Positions 19,268-26,976 of a stretch of DNA of 64,000 nucleotides are shown in pieces (position 1 is the stretch's first letter; the number at the start of each line of letters is the position of its first letter). The stretch is from NCBI GenBank assembly GCA_002840305.1, contig PHAI01000002.1, positions 10,707-74,706 on the forward strand. The letters are read 5' to 3'. Origin of the DNA: Candidatus Falkowbacteria bacterium HGW-Falkowbacteria-1. Lineage in GTDB: Bacteria; Patescibacteriota; Patescibacteriia; Patescibacteriales; UBA12465. The position numbers and the translations under genes were made by a program. Under the pieces are notes generated by a model that worked only from the letters and a program-made list of their open reading frames with translations, was not told the DNA's origin and did not search any database.

Positions 19268-20623
19268 ATGCCCTTCAAAAAAATAAAGGATAAAAAAAAG
19301 TTGTCGAAAAAAGAAAAAAAAGTAAAGAAGAAGGATGTTAAGAGGAAAGAGACGAAAATTAAAAAAACTAAAAAAGTATTATTAAAAAAAATCCCAAAGT
19401 TTAAAGTTGTAAAAAAAGTTGAAAAAGATAAGTATTCTAAAATTAAACAGAAAAAAGTGAAAAAAGAAGTAATGGCGAAAAAAAAGGTATTGATTAAAAA
19501 AGGTTTAAAAAATAAGCAGGAGGTTTATGAAACAAAAGAAGCTCCGAGTGAAGAACAAATTTTAAAAATAATAGAGAAGGGCAGATCAAGAGGATTTTTA
19601 ACGGAAACAGAGATACTTCATTTATTTCCAAATGTTGAGGATTATATTTACGATTATGAGATTTTTTTAAGCCGTTTAACTGATGTTGGTATTAAGGTGA
19701 GTGAAGACAGTGGCAATATTTTGGGCTTAGGTACGGATATTCAAAAACTCGTTAAGAAGCCGGTTGGCAGCGCTATTGACTTCTCTAGTTTGGCAGCCGA
19801 TTCTATTCAAATGTATTTGAAAGAAATAGGGAAAATACCTCTTTTGACTGGCGAAGAAGAAGTCGATTTGTCAAAAAAGAAAGATAGAGGCGATAAAGAT
19901 GCCGAGAGAAAAATGATAGAATCAAATTTGAAGTTGGTTGTTTCTATCGCTAAAAAGTTTTCCGGCGTCAAGGGTCTTAGTTTGTTGGATTTGATTCAAG
20001 AGGGCAATATTGGTCTTTTTAGAGCCGTGGATAAGTTTGAACATCAAAAGGGTTATAAATTTTCGACCTACGCTACTTGGTGGATTAGACAGGCTATAAC
20101 AAGAGCATTGGCTGATCAGTCTAGAACTATTCGTATCCCAGTTCATATGGTTGAAAATATAAACAAATTTCAACAAGCTCAAAGATTCTTGATTCAAGAG
20201 TTAGGAAGAGAGCCAATGGTTGAAGAAACAGCAGCTGAGCTAGGAGAAGAATTGAGTAAGGTTGTATATATCATGAAGATTTCCCAGGAGACAATTTCAT
20301 TGGAGACAACTATTGGCGATGATGATGATAATTCTACTTTAGAAGACTTTATTGAAGATATTAAAAACGAAACACCAGATAGAGTTGCTGCCTTGCAACT
20401 TCTTAAAGATTATGTTAAGGAAGTTATAATAACACTTTCTCCGCGTGAACAGAAAATTTTGGAAATGAGGTTTGGATTAGTTGACGGTGTAGCTCATACC
20501 TTGGAGGAGGTTGGTCAAGAATTTGAAGTAACAAGAGAAAGAATTAGACAAATCGAAGCTAAGGCTTTAGAAAAAATTAGAAAAATGAAAAGTAAAGGTT
20601 TAGAAAAATTAAGAGATTTTTAA
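19268..20623 (+). CDS. rpoD: Primary sigma-70 factor with Lys-rich N-terminal extension
   Basis: [37 protein letters not shown]; follows dnaG. Confidence 0.96.
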   Translation: MPFKKIKDKKKLSKKEKKVKKKDVKRKETKIKKTKKVLLKKIPKFKVVKKVEKDKYSKIKQKKVKKEVMAKKKVLIKKGLKNKQEVYETKEAPSEEQILKIIEKGRSRGFLTETEILHLFPNVEDYIYDYEIFLSRLTDVGIKVSEDSGNILGLGTDIQKLVKKPVGSAIDFSSLAADSIQMYLKEIGKIPLLTGEEEVDLSKKKDRGDKDAERKMIESNLKLVVSIAKKFSGVKGLSLLDLIQEGNIGLFRAVDKFEHQKGYKFSTYATWWIRQAITRALADQSRTIRIPVHMVENINKFQQAQRFLIQELGREPMVEETAAELGEELSKVVYIMKISQETISLETTIGDDDDNSTLEDFIEDIKNETPDRVAALQLLKDYVKEVIITLSPREQKILEMRFGLVDGVAHTLEEVGQEFEVTRERIRQIEAKALEKIRKMKSKGLEKLRDF

Positions 20624-20650
20624 ATATTTTAAAAATTAAAACAAAAAAGT

Positions 20651-21565
20651 ATGAAAAACAACAATCCTAAGTATGCTTTTTATTATTTATTGTCATTAGT
20701 TTCTTTGATTTTCATGGCCATTTCATCGGCAATGATAATTTTTCAAATTATAAACAAAAACATTTTTGATGCTTTGTCAAATTATAGCGGTGCTTATGAT
20801 GGTCAAATGCGCTTTGGTGTTTCAGCCTTGTTAATTTCAGCCCCTATATTCTTTTTAATGGTCAGACTGATAAACAAAGGTTTAAGAAAAAACGAACTAG
20901 ATGATAATTCTGGGATTCGTCGTTGGTTAACTTATTTTATTTTGTTTGTTTCAGCGGTGATTATTCTTGGATCTTTGATAGGTGTAATTAATAGTTTCTT
21001 ATCTGGAGGGATGACCTTAAAATCAGTTTTGCAATTTGTTACCGTTATTTTAATATCAGTCTTGGTGTTTAGTTTTTATCTTTATGATATTAAAAGGGAA
21101 GACTTAACTAGACGAGACCCCGTTCTAAAGATATTTTTCTGGGGATCAATCGCTCTAGTAGCAGTTGTCTTTGTTTCTGCTTTGTTTTTCGTAGAATCAC
21201 CGAAGGTAGCCAGAGAGAAAAAAGCTGATCAGATTGTTTTAAACAATATCTACAGTTTAGAGAATTCTATCAATAGTTATTATGATATCAATAAGGCTTT
21301 GCCAGATAATTTAGATGAGATGTCGGGAAATGCCAATGTTTATTTTGATAAAAAAAGTATAATCGATCAGGAGAGCGGTGAAAGTATAGAATACAGAAAA
21401 ATCGGAGAAAAAGATTTTGAATTATGTGCTACTTTCAGAACCGACAGTAATACAGGTGATCAAACTTATTACATTGGTACAGGCAAAGATTATAAAAAGG
21501 GCTGGAATTGTTTTAAGGGAAATTTATGGTCAGATCCAAAAATTTTAGAAAAGAACATTGATTAA
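20651..21565 (+). CDS. Membrane protein, DUF5671-like
   Basis: About 5 TM segments, RRWLTYFILF motif, soluble C-terminal domain (FELCATF). Confidence 0.7.
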   Translation: MKNNNPKYAFYYLLSLVSLIFMAISSAMIIFQIINKNIFDALSNYSGAYDGQMRFGVSALLISAPIFFLMVRLINKGLRKNELDDNSGIRRWLTYFILFVSAVIILGSLIGVINSFLSGGMTLKSVLQFVTVILISVLVFSFYLYDIKREDLTRRDPVLKIFFWGSIALVAVVFVSALFFVESPKVAREKKADQIVLNNIYSLENSINSYYDINKALPDNLDEMSGNANVYFDKKSIIDQESGESIEYRKIGEKDFELCATFRTDSNTGDQTYYIGTGKDYKKGWNCFKGNLWSDPKILEKNID

Positions 21566-21607
21566 GAAGTAAAACATATTTTTAGCGTTTTTGTGTAATG
21601 AAAATTA

Positions 21608-21636
21608 TTGACAATTTTTTTCAATTAATTTATTAT
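21608..21636 (+). promoter_or_regulatory. Sigma-70 promoter of tRNA-Asn
   Basis: TTGACA-17-TATTAT. Confidence 0.7.
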
Positions 21637-21665
21637 ATAGATTAGTTTTAAAAAATAGTCATTAT

Positions 21666-21737
21666 TCCGGGGTAGCGCAGCGGTAGCGCAGTTGACTGTT
21701 AATCAATTGGTCGTGGGTTCGAATCCCACCCCCGGAG
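21666..21737 (+). tRNA. tRNA-Asn(GTT), CCA not encoded
   Basis: TCCGGGG/CCCCGGA acceptor stem; GTTGA-CTGTTAA-TCAAT anticodon arm; GGTTCGAATCC T arm. Confidence 0.97.
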
Positions 21738-21828
21738 CCGCGTAAAATAAAAACAAAAAAGCCACTAAATGTGGCTTGTTTTGTTTTTATCACGCGGCCA
21801 CGTGAACACCGAAGGTGTTTTTACGTGG
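21737..21828. repeat. Two tandem hairpins abutting the tRNA 3' end
   Basis: GCCGCGT..ATAAAAACAA..AGCCAC/GTGGCT..TTGTTTTTAT.ACGCGGC, then CCACGTGAACACC-GAA-GGTGTT..TACGTGG. Confidence 0.75.
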
Positions 21829-21910
21829 ACAAGATAAAAGGTCTATATTCATTAGGTCTTTTTTTATATCCTGGACGGGAATTAGAACTTTTTATTATAC
21901 TGCGCCATTA

Positions 21911-21985
21911 TTGACAAAAGTATACTATTTTAGTATACTTTTTTGTTAGTTAAAATTATATTGTTGAACCTTAAAAACTTATATC
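21911..21985 (+). promoter_or_regulatory. ORFan leader: sigma-70 promoter plus boxA-like motif
   Basis: TTGACA-17-TATACT; GTTGAACCTTAAAAA; homologous to 24809-24883. Confidence 0.75.
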
Positions 21986-22441
21986 ATGAACAGAAAATAT
22001 TTTTTTGAATTTATTTGGCCAAAGATAATGGGTTCCATTATTATCCTTTTGATTCTTTCCTCCTTCTTTTTCGGTATATTTTTCATTTCACGCTATTCCT
22101 ATGAACAAGAAACTGTAAAGAAAGAGCAAGAGCTCGGTTTTGTAATTAGTAGCTTAAAAGATGGGGAGGTGTTTAGTGTTTCAAGCGCCACTCACATGTA
22201 TCTCGTTGAACGATTAAGAGAACAGGCAACTCGTAGTCAAGGTGACGTCGTGGAGTTAGGATTGTTAACTTATTATGTGAGAGAAATAAGCAGTGGCTAT
22301 ATTCTCTTTTGTTCTTGTGAGCCGGTAAATGATGGTTATTATTTAGAGGTTATTCAAAAATCTATTAAAATCAATCCTGTTGGGCAATATATAGACATGT
22401 TGCTTATCAAAAAAGTTTATGGCCCGTATTACAAAGAATGA
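21986..22441 (+). CDS. Hypothetical protein with N-terminal membrane anchor
   Basis: 151-aa ORF behind a consensus promoter. Confidence 0.7.
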   Translation: MNRKYFFEFIWPKIMGSIIILLILSSFFFGIFFISRYSYEQETVKKEQELGFVISSLKDGEVFSVSSATHMYLVERLREQATRSQGDVVELGLLTYYVREISSGYILFCSCEPVNDGYYLEVIQKSIKINPVGQYIDMLLIKKVYGPYYKE

Positions 22442-22497
22442 AACCACATTGTTGAATTTTAAAAATTGAATACAAATTAAAGATGGGAGGTTGAATC

Positions 22498-22851
22498 ATG
22501 ATTTTATTTATTACACCTAATGTTATTTATAGACGCGGCTTGGTGGTTATAAACGGAGGAATTCAATTAATTGCTCGGTGGTCGCGCGATCGACTCATTA
22601 TTAAGGAAGTGAATGCTATGGCATATGATGGTTTGCATTTTTTCCCCAATGAAGACCCTATTGGAGGAAAGGTTTTGGAATGTCCAATTATTGACTTGAT
22701 ATCCTTGCGGGAAGATGGAACCGGTTGGAATGTTGAAGGCGAAACTGCCGATGGAAAAAAATTTAAGTTCCCGATACATCATGATTTTGTTGAAGGAAAA
22801 AATTACTTAGGAAAAGAGCCAATTTATTTTCCGTTTTGGCCTCATAAGTAG
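22498..22851 (+). CDS. Hypothetical protein
   Basis: 117-aa ORF with GGGAGG SD; terminator follows. Confidence 0.7.
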   Translation: MILFITPNVIYRRGLVVINGGIQLIARWSRDRLIIKEVNAMAYDGLHFFPNEDPIGGKVLECPIIDLISLREDGTGWNVEGETADGKKFKFPIHHDFVEGKNYLGKEPIYFPFWPHK

Positions 22852-22873
22852 TTTAACGATTTTTAAATGACAC

Positions 22874-22907
22874 AGACCCTGAAGCTAAAACAGTTTTGGG
22901 GTTTTTT
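22874..22907 (+). terminator. Intrinsic terminator
   Basis: AGACCCTGAAGCT...AGTTTTGGGGTT stem with G-U pairs, then T-run. Confidence 0.6.
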
Positions 22908-22981
22908 ATTTTATACATAGCAAGCCAGAGGGTGGGATAAATCAAACAAGTTTTGACATCTTACAACATGCGGAGCAAGTC

Positions 22982-23062
22982 TTGACAAAAAATATATTAA
23001 TGTGGTATATTTTTTTGTCGATCTTTAAAATTAATGTTTCACTAAAAATAGGAGGATAAGCA
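22982..23062 (+). promoter_or_regulatory. ORFan leader: promoter, boxA-like motif and SD
   Basis: TTGACA-18-(TGn)TATATT; GATCTTTAAAA; ACTAAAAATAGGAGG. Confidence 0.7.
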
Positions 23063-23440
23063 ATGAGTAAACTTAAGCCATTTCACGAATCAATTGTTGA
23101 TGCAATTGATTTATGTCAAGAAAAAGACATTTTTATTTTGTCTTCTATTCTTGTGAACACTAAAATCCCCAAAAATCACAATGTCATTATTGCGGCCTGG
23201 GAAAAGAAAATCGAAGAGCTTTCTTGTCCCGATTATGATGTTGTTGATGCTATTCTCGAACAAAAAAAAGAGGCAGAAGAAAAAAGTGTAGACGTTACCT
23301 TTTTAACCGATGACCCAAAAATTAAATCCCAGCTTATGCAATTGGGGCATTCCTTTTCGCAGGTAGTTGCCGAAAATAATGCTGATTTGGCGGAATCTAT
23401 TCGTCAAGAAGCCCTCATGCTTAAGGGCGAGACAAAATAA
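23063..23440 (+). CDS. Hypothetical acidic protein
   Basis: 125-aa ORF with promoter, AGGAGG SD and terminator. Confidence 0.75.
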   Translation: MSKLKPFHESIVDAIDLCQEKDIFILSSILVNTKIPKNHNVIIAAWEKKIEELSCPDYDVVDAILEQKKEAEEKSVDVTFLTDDPKIKSQLMQLGHSFSQVVAENNADLAESIRQEALMLKGETK

Positions 23441-23487
23441 GTGGTTGATAGTTTATTTAAGGAGGTCTAACCTCGGACTTTCTTTTC

Positions 23488-23516
23488 ACCGCATCCAAAA
23501 CAGATGCGGTTTTTTT
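23488..23516 (+). terminator. Intrinsic terminator
   Basis: ACCGCATC-caaaaca-GATGCGGT-TTTTTT. Confidence 0.8.
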
Positions 23517-23638
23517 ATATAACAAGAAACAGTTTTGGATTTTTTTCTTTGTTTTTGTTGATTAATATTAGTTTGAATTTTTGCCCCCATTTTTAAATTA
23601 TGTTATAATATTTTTATTATAAAAGTAATATTATTAAT

Positions 23639-24700
23639 ATGAATCTTGTTTTGTATTTGTTGGCGTTGCTAGCGTCATTTTACTTATTAGCCGTTGTTTG
23701 TGATCGTTATTTCGTTTTTTCCTTGGACAAAATCGCCCTTAAGCTTAATATGAATTCAGATATGGCCGGAGCAACCTTGATGGCGGTTGGTTCAAGCGCC
23801 CCAGAATTATTTGTTTCCTTTATCGCCTTGTTTAAGCCAGGTAACGAAGCCATGGGCGCGGGAACGATTGTTGGTTCAGCGATTTTTAATATTTTAGTAA
23901 TTATTGGCGCCTCGGCCATGGTTCGTAAAGCCTTTATTGCTTGGCAACCAGTAATTAGAGATGTTATTTTTTACTCTCTGTCTATAATTTTACTTATATA
24001 TTCTTTTTGGGACGGAAAGATAGTTCTTTTAGAGTCTATTGCTTTTTTGGCTCTTTACGGTGTTTATATAATTGCTGTTTTACAATGGAGAAAAATTTTG
24101 CCATATAAAGATGATGAAAAAGAGCCGATTGAGGTATTAGAGGAAGGGGAGGACAAAGAGCAAAAAAACAAAAGCGCTCTTGGTAAGTTTTTAAATGGTA
24201 TTAATTTAGTTTTAGATTTTATTTTTCCCAAAGAAGACAAATACTGGTTAGTATTCATTGTATCTATTGCCTCTATCGCTGGTTTAAGTTGGGTTTTAGT
24301 GGAAAGCGCTGTTGGTATTTCTGTTATTCTACATGTCCCCGCCGTTATTATTGGCTTAACTGTTTTGGCTGCTGGTACTAGTATTCCAGATTTAATATCA
24401 TCAATGATAGTGGCTCGTCAGGGCAGAGGTGGGATGGCAATTTCTAATGCCATCGGTTCTAATATTTTTGATATTTTAATTGGGCTTGGATTGCCATGGT
24501 TCATAATAACTGTAGGCGGCAAAGTCATTCCAGTGGTTACAGAAAACCTTAACAGTTCGATTATTTTATTGTTTGCGACCGTCCTTGCAGTTCTTGGCTT
24601 TTTAATGGCTAAAAAATGGCATATCAATAAGTTGGCCGGTATTGGCTTGATTAGTATATACATTGGATATTTGTTGTGGAATATTTTTCAAGTATTGTAA
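23639..24700 (+). CDS. Second CaCA-family antiporter (NCKX-like motifs)
   Basis: GATLMAVGSSAPE, GTIVGSAIFN, AGTSIPD, SNAIGSNIFD. Confidence 0.92.
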   Translation: MNLVLYLLALLASFYLLAVVCDRYFVFSLDKIALKLNMNSDMAGATLMAVGSSAPELFVSFIALFKPGNEAMGAGTIVGSAIFNILVIIGASAMVRKAFIAWQPVIRDVIFYSLSIILLIYSFWDGKIVLLESIAFLALYGVYIIAVLQWRKILPYKDDEKEPIEVLEEGEDKEQKNKSALGKFLNGINLVLDFIFPKEDKYWLVFIVSIASIAGLSWVLVESAVGISVILHVPAVIIGLTVLAAGTSIPDLISSMIVARQGRGGMAISNAIGSNIFDILIGLGLPWFIITVGGKVIPVVTENLNSSIILLFATVLAVLGFLMAKKWHINKLAGIGLISIYIGYLLWNIFQVL

Positions 24701-24808
24701 TTATATTTTTATTTATCAAGACGTTTTTAAATGAAAATAGAACTTGAGAATTTAATTTTTCAATATTAGTCATGCCATTTTCAATTTTATTCACTATTCC
24801 GCGTTCTG

Positions 24809-24883
24809 TTGACAAAAAGTATATCTTATGATATGCTTTTTTTGATAGTTAAATTTATTATTGAACCTTTAAAATTAAGTAAC
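24809..24883 (+). promoter_or_regulatory. ORFan leader: promoter plus boxA-like motif
   Basis: TTGACA-17-(TGn)TATGCT; ATTGAACCTTTAAAA; homologous to 21911-21985. Confidence 0.75.
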
Positions 24884-25222
24884 ATGAACGAATTAAATTT
24901 ATCTGATAGACCAGATTGGTTTAAAAGCAATAGTTGGTTAGTACAAAACCAAAAAACGTCTTTTGTTCTTAGGTTGAGCAATGTTATTCATCAGCTTCAG
25001 GCAGACAGAGGTATTAAAAAGCCAGACGACGAACCAATGGACGCTACCAGGGGTTGTTTTATGGGGGAAATAGCAGTTGAAGGAACATTGTTCCAGTACA
25101 AGCACATGATAATTGAGTTAAACAAACTGACAGGAGATGATGCTTTGCGAGCCAAAGAGGCAATGGAGAGTTTTGAAAATGATTTTAAGGATTATTTGCC
25201 GTTTTTACGACAAGTAAAATAA
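24884..25222 (+). CDS. Hypothetical protein (ATG 24884; the track's TTG start lies in the -35 box)
   Basis: 112-aa ORF behind a consensus promoter. Confidence 0.7.
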   Translation: MNELNLSDRPDWFKSNSWLVQNQKTSFVLRLSNVIHQLQADRGIKKPDDEPMDATRGCFMGEIAVEGTLFQYKHMIIELNKLTGDDALRAKEAMESFENDFKDYLPFLRQVK

Positions 25223-25232
25223 AAATTTTGGA

Positions 25233-25369
25233 AATTATCGCGTCTTTATTTATCCGTAAAATTGCTGGTAGACATTTAGAATACGCCGATGTCCAAAGTC
25301 ACTGTATTCCCAACCGAGGGCCCAAAAGGTACCCGAACGCAATATCGGTTAGAATGTTAAAAGATAATT
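25233..25369 (+). ncRNA. Candidate structured RNA
   Basis: AATTATC/GATAATT closing stem; GACAT/ATGTC and AACCGA/TCGGTT stems; locally GC-rich; terminator follows. Confidence 0.3.
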
Positions 25370-25371
25370 AC

Positions 25372-25398
25372 AAAGGAGGCCAAATGGTTTCCTTTTTT
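25372..25398 (+). terminator. Intrinsic terminator
   Basis: AAAGGAGGCCA-aa-TGGTTTCCTTT plus T-run. Confidence 0.7.
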
Positions 25399-25586
25399 AT
25401 TTTTTAAAGTAATTTTTAGGATTTTTTATAGCATAAAGAGTACTTTTTAAATATTTTCTTACAAGGATTTAGTATTTTAATTTAAATTTTATATTTATCA
25501 AACAAGTTATTTTTTGGTATAATAAAATTGTAACTGAATATTAAATTTATAAAAAATGCCATAGTTTTTTATATTAATAAAAATAT

Positions 25587-26303
25587 ATGACCATAGGTTT
25601 TAGCGACGGAGTTTTACATAATTTATTTAATCAAGAGAGCGATAGACATAAAGCTGGTTATTTAAAGTATATTAACTTTAATGCCGTAGAGCTGCATTGT
25701 ATAAATGAGAGCTTAATGGATGAAATGATTAACAATTTAGACAATAAACTGTATTCTGAGTTTTTATATATTTCTTTGCATGCCCCCGCTTTTTCGTGGA
25801 ACAACGATAAAAATATCTCATTGTTAAAAAAAATAAGATTGATTTTTGTTAAATTTAATATAAAAAATGTCGTAATTCATCCTGACGAAATAAAGGATTG
25901 GAGTATATTTGAAAAATTCAAAGATTTACCATTGTCATTGGAAAATATGGACAGAGATAAAAAAGCATATAAAAACATAAAGAGTTTAAAAGAAATAATC
26001 AACAAATATGGTTTTATGTTGACATTGGATTTGAATCATTGTTACGACAACGACGAAACAATGATTTTAGCCGAAGACTTTCAAGATGAATTCAAAGATA
26101 AAATTGTTGAATATCATATTAGCGGTTATGATAAAGAAAAAAAACATACGACTTTGTTTGACAAAAGTGAGCAGATAAGAATTATAAACTCTATAAAATT
26201 TAAGAATATCCCGATAATTATTGAAAGTTGTTTTAATAAAGCTTATGACGTTAAAAAAGAATATAAATATATAGAGGACTGTTTACGGACTAGATTGACA
26301 TAA
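25587..26303 (+). CDS. TIM-barrel metalloenzyme (xylose isomerase-like/AP endonuclease 2 fold)
   Basis: SLHAP, VIHPD, LENM, LDLNH, EYHIS, IIES ligand pattern. Confidence 0.7.
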   Translation: MTIGFSDGVLHNLFNQESDRHKAGYLKYINFNAVELHCINESLMDEMINNLDNKLYSEFLYISLHAPAFSWNNDKNISLLKKIRLIFVKFNIKNVVIHPDEIKDWSIFEKFKDLPLSLENMDRDKKAYKNIKSLKEIINKYGFMLTLDLNHCYDNDETMILAEDFQDEFKDKIVEYHISGYDKEKKHTTLFDKSEQIRIINSIKFKNIPIIIESCFNKAYDVKKEYKYIEDCLRTRLT

Positions 26304-26368
26304 ATATATTCTAGTGTTATATTTTCGTATTACATTAACAATTTGTTTAACTAAAAGGAGGCTTAATA
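26295..26368 (+). promoter_or_regulatory. ORFan leader: promoter and SD; the -35 box overlaps the last codons of the upstream gene
   Basis: TTGACA-17-(TGn)TATATT; ACTAAAAGGAGG; resembles 22982-23062. Confidence 0.7.
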
Positions 26369-26890
26369 ATGATTAATTTAGATGAAAGAAGGCTGGATAT
26401 AATATCTGTTGCCACAAAAGCTTTTGAGATAATTACTAGAATACCAAACGATGTTCGTAAGGACGACAAAGAACGTACGGGAATACAGGTGTTAGTTCGT
26501 CAGCCAGGCACGAGAAATTTAGTTTTTGTTTCAATTAAAGAGCCGTCAGAGGCCGCTAAATTTTTTTCTGCAGAAAAAGCTGTAAGATCTGATCTTCGTT
26601 TTGAAATGACCTCACAAGAGAGTGAGGACCCAAAAAAACTGCAATTCCCCGGAAGTGTTATGATCGAAGTGGAGGATGGACATTTTTTGCAGGCTTCGAT
26701 ATCTGGCTTACAATCAGAGGAAGATGTCGCCGTAGCTATTGCGATTCTGTCATCGCTTTTGTCAACTATTCCGTCGGATTTATGCGAAAGAATAAGGGCA
26801 CAAGGGGGAGAGCTCCCCAGTTGTTTTGAAGAAGAAGGCCATTATTTATATGAGAAAGAAATTAACTCCTTAGTTTGGCCTTTTATGTAG
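26369..26890 (+). CDS. Hypothetical protein, possibly a divergent GlcG/HbpS-like fold
   Basis: SAEKA...FPGSV...ASISGLQSEEDVAVA resembles the KA...GG...GVSG..S..D pattern. Confidence 0.55.
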   Translation: MINLDERRLDIISVATKAFEIITRIPNDVRKDDKERTGIQVLVRQPGTRNLVFVSIKEPSEAAKFFSAEKAVRSDLRFEMTSQESEDPKKLQFPGSVMIEVEDGHFLQASISGLQSEEDVAVAIAILSSLLSTIPSDLCERIRAQGGELPSCFEEEGHYLYEKEINSLVWPFM

Positions 26891-26905
26891 CACGCATAAA
26901 AACTT

Positions 26906-26934
26906 ATCCCGTCTAGTTAAAGACGGGATTTTTT
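26906..26934 (+). terminator. Intrinsic terminator
   Basis: ATCCCGTCT-agttaa-AGACGGGAT-TTTTT. Confidence 0.85.
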
Positions 26935-26976
26935 ATTTATGTTGCTTTGCTGTTTTTATTAATGTAATATATAAAC

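Noticed and set aside
24809..24883. Upstream TTG starts at 24809 (likewise 47871, 14117, 58195)
   Set aside because: They fall in promoter or leader DNA; downstream ATGs fit better
25228..25407. TTG-initiated 59-codon ORF
   Set aside because: No SD, runs through the terminator hairpin; an RNA-structure explanation fits better, though coding is not excluded
21666..26934. Integrative island at tRNA-Asn
   Set aside because: No integrase and no direct repeat of the tRNA 3' end; only a 9-nt inverted match (GGGTGGGAT, about 22930), compatible with chance
21986..26934. Integron cassette array
   Set aside because: ORFs carry their own promoters and terminators; no attC-like RYYYAAC...GTTRRRY structures recognised
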